A DNA stretch of 25,908 bases, taken from Chthonomonas calidirosea. GTDB lineage: Bacteria > Armatimonadota > Fimbriimonadia > Fimbriimonadales > Fimbriimonadaceae. The notes beneath the pieces are model-generated. The model worked only from the letters and a program-made list of their open reading frames with translations. It ran no database searches and had not been told where the DNA came from. Both the position numbers and the translations under genes were made by a program. The stretch spans positions 1 to 25,908 of the forward strand of contig CAMAPH010000040.1 of assembly GCA_945859975.1 (NCBI GenBank), read 5' to 3'. Shown here piece by piece: positions 16,571 through 25,829 of this stretch. The number at the start of each line of letters is the position of its first letter. Positions within the stretch are counted from its first letter, which is position 1.

Positions 16571-17971
16571 GTGCTGGATCGCTTCAAAAAACACCTCGAT
16601 TCGTCCGGTTTGCTTCGCGATTCGAACCTCGGTATTGCCAGCTCGAATGGTCCCCGCGTTTTGGTGGCTTACAGCGGCGGCGCGGATAGCACTTGCTTGC
16701 TCCATCTCCTCTGCCAACTTGGAATCGATGTCGTGGCCGCGCACCTTCACCACGGCATGCGGGCTTCGGCAGACAAAGAGCTAGGGTTGTGCCAGGCGTT
16801 CGCGCAGGAGCTCAATATTCCGTTCATCGCTGGCCGGGCAGACGTGCCGCTCATGAGCCGGGAACTGAAATTGAGCCTTGAAGAAGCAGGGCGAAATGCG
16901 CGGTATGCCTTCTTTCGAAATGCGTCCATGCAGTCAGAATGTCAACTGATTGCGACAGGTCACACGCAAAGCGACCTAGTGGAAACGGTGGTTTTCAACC
17001 TCGCCCGCGGCACCGGAATGACCGGCCTGAGCGGGATCCCAGAATCTCGCGAGAACATCATTCGCCCGCTGCTTCCGTTCACTCGGGAAGAGACTCGCGC
17101 CTATTGCGAGGACCATGGGCTGTGGTTCCACGACGACCCGGCTAATGTCGACGTGAACAACCGGCGGAGCCGAATTCGGCTGAACATCGCGCCTGAACTC
17201 GCCCAGTTGAATCCCGACTACTCCGCCAGCATCGCAAGGACGGCGAGCTTGATTGGAGAGGAAGATCGCTTTCTCAACGGCATGGCCGCCGCGGCATTGG
17301 AGCAAGCGGAGATGCATCCCGAACACGAGCTTGGCTTCATCGGCTCCCCTTACGAGGCCACCTTTGATGTCTTAAAGCTCGGGCATCTGCCTCCGGTTTT
17401 GCTTAAGCGGGTCATTCGGCTAGCGGTCCGAGCCGTCGGGGGAGAACTCGATTTCGACCAAACGACGGCTATTGCAGAACAGTTCGCGCGCGAGCCGGGC
17501 TCCATCACTGCCGAGGGTGGCACCGCGACGGCCGACTGGAACGACGAGACCTTCCGAGTGCGTGACCTCACGGCGGTTGGGCCGTTTCGGTATCCGCTCA
17601 CCTTCCCCGGCGAGACAGCGAGCGACGAACTGGGCTGGATGCTGACGGCCGAGCCGATTGAACCTACCGCAGAAGTTGCTCCGAGAAACGCCCTCGTGGC
17701 GGACTTCTCGGCGGACGAGATAAAGGGCAGCTTGTACTTTCGCAACGCACAATCCGGCGACCAAATGCAACCCAGCGGGTTCGCCGGACGTCGAATGCTT
17801 GCGGATCTTATGAGCGAAGCTAAGCTGAGCTCTGCCATTCGACAACGGTTGCCAATCGTATGCGACCTAATCGGGCCACTTTGGGCTCCGGGGGTTTGCT
17901 ACGATCAGCGGCTAAGGCCATCAGCGGCCACCAAGCGAGCAGTCCGAATGGCTTTTGGGCCCGTTCGGTAA
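16571..17971 (+). CDS. tilS: tRNA(Ile)-lysidine synthetase
   Basis: PP-loop 'VAYSGGADS', 'HLHHGMR', 'EEAGRNARY', 'ATGHTQSD', 'IIRPLL', 'DPAN', C-terminal TilS_C region; adjacent to ftsH. Confidence 0.96.
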   Translation: MLDRFKKHLDSSGLLRDSNLGIASSNGPRVLVAYSGGADSTCLLHLLCQLGIDVVAAHLHHGMRASADKELGLCQAFAQELNIPFIAGRADVPLMSRELKLSLEEAGRNARYAFFRNASMQSECQLIATGHTQSDLVETVVFNLARGTGMTGLSGIPESRENIIRPLLPFTREETRAYCEDHGLWFHDDPANVDVNNRRSRIRLNIAPELAQLNPDYSASIARTASLIGEEDRFLNGMAAAALEQAEMHPEHELGFIGSPYEATFDVLKLGHLPPVLLKRVIRLAVRAVGGELDFDQTTAIAEQFAREPGSITAEGGTATADWNDETFRVRDLTAVGPFRYPLTFPGETASDELGWMLTAEPIEPTAEVAPRNALVADFSADEIKGSLYFRNAQSGDQMQPSGFAGRRMLADLMSEAKLSSAIRQRLPIVCDLIGPLWAPGVCYDQRLRPSAATKRAVRMAFGPVR

Positions 17972-18054
17972 CCCGCAAGGCATAATTTAGGAACAGGCAG
18001 TTACGACTTAACGTAGCGTAACAACATAGGACTTCACGTCCACTCGGAGCGCAT

Positions 18055-20019
18055 TTGACGAAACAACCCGCACGTACCATCCTAGCAGTGGTCATATTCA
18101 TAGTGGCAATCGTGGTTCTGATGAACACGTTTATGTCATCGAGCACCTTCCGGTTGGGTGGATCCCCGCCAAAAGAACTCACGATCTCCACGTTTTACAA
18201 AGAGCTCGACAACGACCAGATCAAGACGATTCGCTGGCAACAAAACACCATCAGCGGCGAACTTGCTGGAAACGCTGGTCGCTACACCCTTCGCGTACCG
18301 GAACAGCAGACTCCCACCGGCGCGGCAATCCTGCGCGAAATCGAAGCCAAAAAGACTTCTGCCGACATCAAATTTGAAGATGCCCCGCCGATCACTGGCA
18401 TCATGAACGCGCTGACGTTCATCGGCATCCCCATCCTCTTCTTCGCGCTCCTATACTTCCTGGTCCTTCGCCCCGCACAGATGGGCGGAAATCAAGCCAT
18501 GAGCTTCGGTAAGAGCAAGGCTCGCCGAGTTGGCGAAAGCGGACCGAAGATCACCTTTGACGATGTCGCCGGTATCGAAGAAGCGAAAGCCGAACTCTTC
18601 GAGATCGTCGACTTCCTGAAGAACACCCGCAAATATGCCGCGCTTGGCGCGAAGATTCCAAAGGGGATCTTGCTGACGGGCCCTCCTGGCGTTGGTAAGA
18701 CCTACCTTGCTCGAGCGATCGCTGGCGAAGCTGGCGTACCTTTCTTCCACATCAGCGGTTCGGACTTTGTTGAAATGTTCGTCGGTGTTGGTGCCGCCCG
18801 AGTTCGAGATCTCTTCGAAACGGCAAAGGCTCACCGCCCGTCGCTGATCTTCGTCGACGAAATCGACGCCGTCGGTCGCCAGCGTGGCGCGGGTCTCGGT
18901 GGCGGTCACGACGAGCGAGAGCAGACCCTGAACCAGCTTCTGGTCGAGATGGACGGCTTTGATCCAAATTCCGGCGTCATCATGATCGCCGCGACAAACC
19001 GACCGGACGTTCTGGACCCAGCATTGCTTCGACCCGGCCGATTCGACCGACAGGTTGTGGTCGATGCACCAGACGCCAAGGGTCGTGAAGCGATCCTCAA
19101 GATTCACGCCAAGGGCAAGCCGATCGAAACCGATGTGAGCATGGAAACCGTCGCTCGACGAACCCCAGGCTTCTCGGGTGCAGACTTGGCAAACACGCTG
19201 AACGAAGCGGCGCTGATCGCCGCCCGAAACAACAAGACCAAGATCGGCAAGCGAGAAATCGAAGAAGCTCTTGACCGCGTGATGGTTGGTACCGCGCTCG
19301 GCAGCCGACGACAAGCGGACAAGGAACGAGAAGTCACTGCTTACCACGAGGCCGGACACGCGATCATCGGTGAGTTGCTTGAGCACACCGACCCGATCCA
19401 CAAGGTCACGATCCTTCCGCGAGGACGAACGCTCGGCACGACTTGGTCGCTGCCTGAGGTCGAAAAGTACACCCAGAGTAAATCTGAGTTGCTTGACGAC
19501 ATCGCGATGCTTCTTGGCGGCTTGGTTGCCGAAGAAGTCATCTACGGCGAGCGCTGGACAGGAGCGAGCAACGACCTTGCCCGCGTGACGCGAATCGCTC
19601 GGGCGATGGTTTGCGAGTTCGGTATGAGCGATAAGCTCGGCACCCTCGCCATCGGTCGCATCAGCAACAACCCATTCTTGGGCCGCGATTACAACGAGGA
19701 CCGAAACTATTCGGAAGACATTGCTCGGCAGATTGACGAAGAGGTTCGCAGCATCGTAGATGACTGCCACCATCGCGCCACCGAGCTCATCACCAACAAT
19801 CGCGACAAGATGATTGCCGTGGTTGCTGCCCTGATGGAGCGAGAGACGCTCAATCGGGAAGAGTTCCTCGCCGTCCTTGCCGGCGAAACGCTGGCTCCGA
19901 TGGAAGAACTTTCAGTGCCGGGCGATCAAACCGGGACCGAGAGCCCGTCTAACCAGTCAGAACAGGACGAAAAGCGTCCACAGGTGAGCCCGCCTCGCCT
20001 TGAGCCAGGCCCGGCCTAG
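18055..20019 (+). CDS. ftsH: ATP-dependent zinc metalloprotease FtsH
   Basis: Two N-terminal TMs, Walker [19 protein letters not shown] pore motif, DEIDAVG, SRH 'LLRPGRFDR', HEAGH, GASND; GGAG before the TTG start. Confidence 0.98.
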   Translation: MTKQPARTILAVVIFIVAIVVLMNTFMSSSTFRLGGSPPKELTISTFYKELDNDQIKTIRWQQNTISGELAGNAGRYTLRVPEQQTPTGAAILREIEAKKTSADIKFEDAPPITGIMNALTFIGIPILFFALLYFLVLRPAQMGGNQAMSFGKSKARRVGESGPKITFDDVAGIEEAKAELFEIVDFLKNTRKYAALGAKIPKGILLTGPPGVGKTYLARAIAGEAGVPFFHISGSDFVEMFVGVGAARVRDLFETAKAHRPSLIFVDEIDAVGRQRGAGLGGGHDEREQTLNQLLVEMDGFDPNSGVIMIAATNRPDVLDPALLRPGRFDRQVVVDAPDAKGREAILKIHAKGKPIETDVSMETVARRTPGFSGADLANTLNEAALIAARNNKTKIGKREIEEALDRVMVGTALGSRRQADKEREVTAYHEAGHAIIGELLEHTDPIHKVTILPRGRTLGTTWSLPEVEKYTQSKSELLDDIAMLLGGLVAEEVIYGERWTGASNDLARVTRIARAMVCEFGMSDKLGTLAIGRISNNPFLGRDYNEDRNYSEDIARQIDEEVRSIVDDCHHRATELITNNRDKMIAVVAALMERETLNREEFLAVLAGETLAPMEELSVPGDQTGTESPSNQSEQDEKRPQVSPPRLEPGPA

Positions 20020-20034
20020 CCAAAAATAAGTGAT

Positions 20035-20065
20035 GTTCCCCGACAAATGCGCTTCGTCGGGGAAC
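20035..20065 (+). terminator. Hairpin after ftsH
   Basis: GTTCCCCGAC...GTCGGGGAAC perfect 10-bp stem 15 nt after the stop; no U-tract. Confidence 0.55.
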
Positions 20066-20093
20066 TGACAATCTCGCCTGCCGGTGATATACT
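20065..20093 (+). promoter_or_regulatory. Sigma70-type promoter CTGACA-N17-TATACT
   Basis: -35 at 20065-20070, -10 at 20088-20093, TTG 6 nt downstream. Confidence 0.7.
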
Positions 20094-20099
20094 GCTAAC

Positions 20100-20462
20100 T
20101 TGGCAATGGCGGATCAAAACCAAATCGAAGCGCTCTACCAAAAAGGATTTGATGCACGTTGCGCCGGTAGATATGGGGAAGCCCGACTCTATCTGGAGAG
20201 CGTCCTAAACCAAGAGCCTGGACACATTAGAGCTCGGCACCAAATGGGCTTGATTCAAGGCTTTGAAGGCGATTTTGACGGCAGCCTTGAGACCTTACAA
20301 ACGCTCAGCACTCAGGACCCCAATGACCTCGATGTTCGGTACGACCTCGCGATGACCCAGATGATGCTGGGCATGAACGACGAAGCCGCGCACAATTTTC
20401 GGATCATTGTTGCCGTAAACCCAAGCCATGAAAAGGCTCGCCAACAGCTGGCTTACTTCTAG
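20100..20462 (+). CDS. Tetratricopeptide repeat protein
   Basis: About three TPR-like units ('GRYGEARLYLESVLNQEPGH', 'GDFDGSLETLQTLSTQDPND', 'GMNDEAAHNFRIIVAVNPSH'). Start is TTG 20100 or ATG 20106. Confidence 0.88.
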   Translation: MAMADQNQIEALYQKGFDARCAGRYGEARLYLESVLNQEPGHIRARHQMGLIQGFEGDFDGSLETLQTLSTQDPNDLDVRYDLAMTQMMLGMNDEAAHNFRIIVAVNPSHEKARQQLAYF

Positions 20463-20477
20463 CCGCAACTGACTGCC

Positions 20478-22700
20478 ATGCCTCCGATTCGAAAGCACTG
20501 GAATCTTATCCTGTGCATTCTGCTCGGATTCATTCCCATTGCCCCGGCGCTATTCAGCGGCAGCACCATCGGAGCCTTTGACCAAATTCGGCAGATGGCA
20601 CCGTGGAACGGCGAAAAGCCAAGCGTGCCTTGGGATGTGCTTCAGGCCGATAGCGTCCTTCAGTTCTATGTCTGGCGCGACCTGGTCTTCCAAAGTTGGG
20701 GGCGGTTTGAGGTTCCGGTCTGGAATCCTTACGAGCTTGGTGGGACGCCGCTGTTGGCAAACTCTCAGTCCGGAGCGCTGTATCCGTTCCATATCCTCGT
20801 CGGGATTCTCAAAATTCCGACCGGACTCGCGATCGTTCTTTTGGCCTGGCTGCACTTGTCTCTCGCTGCTTTGGGCACGGCAAAGGCGGCGAAGGCACTT
20901 GGGGCGAACGAGTTTGGGCAGACGGTTTCGGCGGTTGGGTTCGGCACGAGCGCGTTTATGCTCGCCTGGACGGCGCTGCCGAGTGTAATCACGACCGTTT
21001 GCTGGATCCCCTGGGGCATCGCGGCGGCGTTAAGTCTTCCGAAGGATCGGCTCGACGGCTTCGCCACTCTGCGGCTGGCGGCCCCAATTGCGCTCATCCT
21101 CCTAGCTGGACATTTGCAGTTTGCGGCTTATGGTCTGGGAGCCATCGGGCTTGCTATTATTGCAAGCTTTTTCGGTCAGTCTGCCTTCACTATTGGAATG
21201 CGTGCACTGATGATCCTATCGGTTGCCCTTTTATGTAATGTATTTGCAGGCAGGCAGGTCGCGACGGTGCTCGAATACTCGCAGTTCTCGCATCGACGCG
21301 GCACTCCAACTCCAGAAGGCTACGAAGCTTACGTTTCTTCGTCGCTGAAGCCATTTCATCTCAGCGCGCTTTCGTCCCCCACCATGCTGGGAAACCCGCG
21401 AGTTGCGGGCCCCGAAGCCGCGCCGGGGATAAAGGTTTCCGAATATTGGCCGGCCATTGCCGTGCGTGGCGCTAACTACGCCGAAGGCGCGTTGACGCTG
21501 GGACCGTTGATCCTCGCCTTCCTGTTCCTTGCTAATTGGCGAGCCAAACGCACTTGGTTTGCGGCGGCATTGTGCATCGGAGCAGCCCTGATCGCGTTCG
21601 GTTCCCCGCTCAACGCTGTGCTGTACTTCAACGTGCCGGGTTGGTCCGCAACCGGTTCGCCGGGGCGCGTCATTGTGCTGTTTGTCCTCGGAGCGAGTTT
21701 GCTCGCCGGACTCGGCGCATCAAACACAGTTCAGAACTTCACGAAGAAAAGCTGGATCGGGCTCGGAGTCGTGTTGCTGTCCATCTTGCTGGTGCCGGTT
21801 CTCAATGGCACTTTCTCTCCATCGAACGTGCCCGCCGAGCTGATCAGTCAGCTAGCGGCAGCAGGCTTTATCTCTGGTGCTACCACGGCGTTACTGGGGA
21901 TTTTGCTGGTCGTCGGTTGCTTCGTGTTTCTCCAGATGTCAGATGAGAAGAAGAAAACCCACGGGGCGCTTGGCCTCGTGACCGTCTTTGGCATCGCATG
22001 GCTTCTGTCCTTCAACCCGATCATGTTTGGCAAGCCGCTCGAATCCCCCGCGCAGCCAGCCAAAACCCGGGTCGCGGTTATAAACAACGACTGGGATTTG
22101 TTGACAGCAGCACGGGCGATCCTCCCTCCCAACACGGCAACCATGCTTCGGCAACCGGAACTCGGCGGATACGACTCGCTTCTGCACCGCGACACCGTGG
22201 GGATGCTGAATGACATCAACGGCCAAGATTCGCCTCCACCGGCGAACGGCAACATGATGTTCATCAAGGACAGCTTCGACCCGAGGAAAGCAGCCGATGC
22301 GGGCGTGACCGAGGTGTGGAGCCGCAATCCGCTTGCCTCGATGACCGGCGATCCCGTTCAACGGGATGGCTACTACGTTTATAAGATTGATGGACCTGGT
22401 TTGGCCGACGTGGATGGCAAGCAGGTGGAGATCGCCGAGCTGTCGCCCTCCGGCATACGCATCGTTGCCCCGCCCGGCGGAAAGTTGACCGTCCGGTTCC
22501 GCAACATCGGTCAGTGGACCAGTAACCTTGGCGAACCGCGGAAGGACACTCGTTGGCTAGAGTACGAACTGGAGCACAACACTCCCGAGGTGTTTATTCG
22601 TCCAAAGGGATTAGAAATTGGAATTAATTTTAATAACCTTTTCTCACTCTTTTTCTTTGTTTTCTTCTTCTGGAGAAGACCGGGAGCGAAACCCGAATGA
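20478..22700 (+). CDS. YfhO-like multi-pass membrane protein (putative GT-C glycosyltransferase)
   Basis: 'PVWNPYELGGTPLLANSQSGALYPF', 'LLAGHLQF', 'GGYDSL', many TMs and a C-terminal TM anchor. Confidence 0.75.
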   Translation: MPPIRKHWNLILCILLGFIPIAPALFSGSTIGAFDQIRQMAPWNGEKPSVPWDVLQADSVLQFYVWRDLVFQSWGRFEVPVWNPYELGGTPLLANSQSGALYPFHILVGILKIPTGLAIVLLAWLHLSLAALGTAKAAKALGANEFGQTVSAVGFGTSAFMLAWTALPSVITTVCWIPWGIAAALSLPKDRLDGFATLRLAAPIALILLAGHLQFAAYGLGAIGLAIIASFFGQSAFTIGMRALMILSVALLCNVFAGRQVATVLEYSQFSHRRGTPTPEGYEAYVSSSLKPFHLSALSSPTMLGNPRVAGPEAAPGIKVSEYWPAIAVRGANYAEGALTLGPLILAFLFLANWRAKRTWFAAALCIGAALIAFGSPLNAVLYFNVPGWSATGSPGRVIVLFVLGASLLAGLGASNTVQNFTKKSWIGLGVVLLSILLVPVLNGTFSPSNVPAELISQLAAAGFISGATTALLGILLVVGCFVFLQMSDEKKKTHGALGLVTVFGIAWLLSFNPIMFGKPLESPAQPAKTRVAVINNDWDLLTAARAILPPNTATMLRQPELGGYDSLLHRDTVGMLNDINGQDSPPPANGNMMFIKDSFDPRKAADAGVTEVWSRNPLASMTGDPVQRDGYYVYKIDGPGLADVDGKQVEIAELSPSGIRIVAPPGGKLTVRFRNIGQWTSNLGEPRKDTRWLEYELEHNTPEVFIRPKGLEIGINFNNLFSLFFFVFFFWRRPGAKPE

Positions 22701-22984
22701 GCCAGCCGCTACTCGAACCGATCTTTAGCGAGCAGTACGGCAACCAGGGGCGCTGGATGGTCGTCATGTTCAATAACGACACCAACTCCATGGACGAGGT
22801 GATCGAGGTTCTCATGGAAGCCACCGGCTGCGACGAAACAGAGGCTTACATCGAGATGTGGGAAGCGCATACGTTTGGAAAGGCGAGCGTTCACTTCGCC
22901 GCCCGGGAAGAGTGCGACACCGTTGCCACGACCATCTCCTCCGTTGGGATTAAAACCGAGGTGACGAAGGAATGGCCCGAATGA
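22697..22984 (+). CDS. clpS: ClpS-like ATP-dependent Clp protease adaptor (copy 1)
   Basis: 'WMVVMFNNDTNSMDEVIEVL...EAYIEMWEAHTFGKASV' matches the ClpS core pattern (V.L.NDD.T.M..V..VL ... A...M..VH..GKA). ATGA overlap with the upstream gene. Confidence 0.85.
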   Translation: MSQPLLEPIFSEQYGNQGRWMVVMFNNDTNSMDEVIEVLMEATGCDETEAYIEMWEAHTFGKASVHFAAREECDTVATTISSVGIKTEVTKEWPE

Positions 22985-23271
22985 TTCTCAACGCCGCCCC
23001 AAGCACGATTGAACGCCCGGACCTCGGAGACAGCCTTCGCTCCGAAAGATGGGTAGTGGTGGTTTACGACAACGACAGCAATTCGGTCGAGGAAGTCATC
23101 CACATTCTTCTTTTGGCGACCGGCTGCACGGTGGACGAAGCCGAAATGGAAACTTGGGAGGTGCATCACCTCGGCAAGTCGGTGGTCCACCACGGCGGGA
23201 AAGATGAGTGCGAAACCGTGTCCGTCATCATTTCCGAAATCGGAATCCGCGTCGAGGTTTACGAGGAATAG
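22981..23271 (+). CDS. clpS: ClpS-like adaptor (copy 2)
   Basis: 'WVVVVYDNDSNSVEEVIHIL...EAEMETWEVHHLGKSVV'. ATG 22981 overlaps the copy-1 TGA (ATGA). Confidence 0.82.
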   Translation: MILNAAPSTIERPDLGDSLRSERWVVVVYDNDSNSVEEVIHILLLATGCTVDEAEMETWEVHHLGKSVVHHGGKDECETVSVIISEIGIRVEVYEE

Positions 23272-23342
23272 TCCGCGAAATTGCGGATTCAAACCCTCTC
23301 CGGAATCTCTGATCGCAAATTGAGCGTAAGCTGAAGGTACTC

Positions 23343-24599
23343 ATGCGGCTTTTGAAGCTATTCGTTGTTCCCTTTATCGCGGCGATGACGGCCTTTGCGC
23401 CAGCCCAAGTCATCGAAAAGAATCCCGAGCTGAAGCAGGCGGTCTTGGCACGCATCACCGATGCGCTGACTCAGAACGCCTTCGTGCCGGGCATCGACTT
23501 CGCCAAGTGGCCGGACTTTTTGGAGGCAGAGCGATCTCGCCTTGAAGCTGCGAACGACGACGAAACGTTCACCCGGGCGGTGAACAGCGCGTTACGAAAG
23601 TTCGGGGCAAGCCATATCGTGCTGAACACGCCGAAGGCGACAAGCGTGCGCCGCGAGGCTAAGAACACGGGCATCGGCATCGGCGTCGCGCCGGATAACG
23701 GCACGATGATGATCACGTACGTGTACGCCGGATCACCCGCCGCAAAGGTCGGCCTGAATCCAGGCGACCGGATCTTGGAAGTCAACGGTAAAGCTATTTC
23801 TTCCGGTGTCCAAACCATCGCCGGCGAAGAAGGCAGTACGGTCGAGATCAAAGTCCAAAAGGCCACCGGCAAGATCGAGGACCTTTCGATCGTGCGCAAG
23901 AAGTACTCGACGGTGAAGCCGGAAGAGTTCAACTTGGTTGATGCCGATACGGCGATGCTCACCGTCCACACTTTCGACCTCACGTACAACGCAGACCGAG
24001 TCGAAACGCTGGTTCGCAAAGGCATCGGCAAGCGCAATTTCATTCTCGACTTGCGGGGCAATGGCGGCGGCGCGGTGTACAACCTCCAGCACCTGCTTTC
24101 CTGCTTCTTGCCGAAGGACGCCGAAATCGGCACCTTCATCTCCCGCCGCGTGGTGGAAGACTACAAAGAAAAGACCGGAAAGCCGGGCACGGACCTTGCC
24201 GATATCGCCACCTTTGCAAAGCGAAAGGTAAAGGTAACGCCGAAATCAGACGTGCCACGCTTCGTGGGCAATCTCGTCGTTTTGGTTAATGGCGCGTCTG
24301 GATCCGCTTCCGAGATGGCGGCAGCCGCCCTTCGCGAAGTCGGCGGCGCAACGATCATCGGACGAAAGAGCGCGGGAGCCGTGCTGGTTTCGGTCATCGC
24401 TCCGCTCACGAGCGGCTTCACGCTGCAATACCCCCTCAGCGACTACGTCACGATCAAGGGTCTTCGACTGGAAGGCAAGGGCGTCACGCCAGACATCGAG
24501 GTGAATCAACCTCCGTTCCTGATCCCGAACACACCCGATACCGCAATCGCGAAGGCGCAGGAAGTCTTTCAGCGGATCGCCCAGATCGACAAGCTCTGA
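23343..24599 (+). CDS. Exported S41 family peptidase with PDZ domain
   Basis: Signal peptide; 'GIGI...GSPAAKVGLNPGDRILEVNG' PDZ; 'ILDLRGNGGG', 'SGSASE', 'LEGKGVTPDI'. Confidence 0.92.
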   Translation: MRLLKLFVVPFIAAMTAFAPAQVIEKNPELKQAVLARITDALTQNAFVPGIDFAKWPDFLEAERSRLEAANDDETFTRAVNSALRKFGASHIVLNTPKATSVRREAKNTGIGIGVAPDNGTMMITYVYAGSPAAKVGLNPGDRILEVNGKAISSGVQTIAGEEGSTVEIKVQKATGKIEDLSIVRKKYSTVKPEEFNLVDADTAMLTVHTFDLTYNADRVETLVRKGIGKRNFILDLRGNGGGAVYNLQHLLSCFLPKDAEIGTFISRRVVEDYKEKTGKPGTDLADIATFAKRKVKVTPKSDVPRFVGNLVVLVNGASGSASEMAAAALREVGGATIIGRKSAGAVLVSVIAPLTSGFTLQYPLSDYVTIKGLRLEGKGVTPDIEVNQPPFLIPNTPDTAIAKAQEVFQRIAQIDKL

Positions 24600-25829
24600 C
24601 TACAACGTCTGGTCGAGCTTAGGTAACGCCCGCCATTTCGCTTTCGCAGGAAGCGCGATGGCGGGAATCGCTCTCGCACCCGTTTGATATTGGAAGGCAA
24701 CTTTGCTTCGGCTGATCGCTCTTCCCTGCCGGTCCTTAACTTCGGATTCCAGTTGCTTGACGAGTTTGGTTGCGGAATCAATCTGGAACACGAATCGCCG
24801 TTGCGGGTTTGTGAACTCGAAGATGTTCACCTTACGACCGTCCAGCGTGAGTTCACCGACGAGGCGTCCCTGCATGTCTCCGCTCAAGTTGTAGCGGTAC
24901 GGTGCGCGGCCGTTGAGCAGTTCGCGCGCGTAGGTACTGATCGCCGTTGGCAAGAGCTCACCCAGCAGCTTCCCTACGTCGCGTCGACGAGCTCGGCCAC
25001 GGTACCAGGCAGTGCCGTTTGTGGCGACCAGATCTTTACCGTCGTACCGCCACTTTGCTTTGCCGGAGTCTTCCCCAATACTGGCGCCGTTCAAGTAGAG
25101 CTTGGTCCCATTAGTCGCCACCATCGAACCGCGCTGAAACTTCCTCTGGGCGGTTAAAAATGTGCGGACCGCATTCTCGGTGGCCAAGTCTGGAAAACGC
25201 GGGAGAGCGGGGCGTGCGATGAAAGAATCGACGCTGACGAAGCCCGCCGTTGCCGGTGCGGTTACCGATGTGGTTGCGCCATACGAGTACTGCCACTGGA
25301 TTTCCTCCGCCGCAGACCGGAAGCGCACCAGACTTGGGAGACCATCCGCTTTTCGTTGCTCAACGACAATGCCTTGCTTTTCAGTCCCTCGGGTCCAGCG
25401 GGAGGTTGAACCCACAATCTGGTTCTTCCAGCCAGATTCCTTCTTTAGGCGCGTTGCCAGGTCCTTCGCATCGGCAGGATTTGCGACGAGCCGAACGCTT
25501 TCGTCCATCGCGTTGAGGACCTTAGCTAGACGCGCAATCGGGGTGCCGCTGGACGGCGCGGTTCGACGAATGAATTCGTTGTTCAGCAGATCCATTCCCG
25601 TGAGCTTGGAGCCGACCAGGGTGTAGGTGTAGTCCGTTCGGTCTAAGGCAACGGTTCGCGGCGTAATCACCCGAAGTTGGAGGTTGCGACCGGACTGGGC
25701 GACCCGAAACTCGATCGAATCTGCGACCGTCCCGACCTTCCGGGTGGCCACGATCCTGATGGCCCGGCTGCCAAGGCGCGCCAATGCGAGTTGCATCCGA
25801 TCGAAATCTGTGTTGTAATCCGAAATCAT
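24600..25829 (-). CDS. Hypothetical basic, beta-rich protein
   Basis: 409-aa ORF abutting the S41 stop; ATG overlaps the upstream permease TGA (ATGA). No family recognised. Confidence 0.75.
   Translation of the reverse strand: MISDYNTDFDRMQLALARLGSRAIRIVATRKVGTVADSIEFRVAQSGRNLQLRVITPRTVALDRTDYTYTLVGSKLTGMDLLNNEFIRRTAPSSGTPIARLAKVLNAMDESVRLVANPADAKDLATRLKKESGWKNQIVGSTSRWTRGTEKQGIVVEQRKADGLPSLVRFRSAAEEIQWQYSYGATTSVTAPATAGFVSVDSFIARPALPRFPDLATENAVRTFLTAQRKFQRGSMVATNGTKLYLNGASIGEDSGKAKWRYDGKDLVATNGTAWYRGRARRRDVGKLLGELLPTAISTYARELLNGRAPYRYNLSGDMQGRLVGELTLDGRKVNIFEFTNPQRRFVFQIDSATKLVKQLESEVKDRQGRAISRSKVAFQYQTGARAIPAIALPAKAKWRALPKLDQTL

Noticed and set aside
17972..18054. tilS-ftsH adjacency without hpt; possible ncRNA or remnant in the gap
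   Set aside because: The gap is only 83 bp with a CATAAT and a GGAG site; no hpt remnant or structured RNA is visible, and tilS-ftsH linkage is common.
18451..19773. 440-aa antisense ORF within ftsH, and similar long antisense ORFs in deaD, SDR, mgtE and S41
   Set aside because: Expected from codon bias in GC-rich conserved genes; no recognisable motifs.
20033..20066. GTTCCCCG...CGGGGAA resembles a type I-E CRISPR repeat
   Set aside because: Single copy with no spacers and no cas genes; its position after ftsH fits a terminator-like hairpin.
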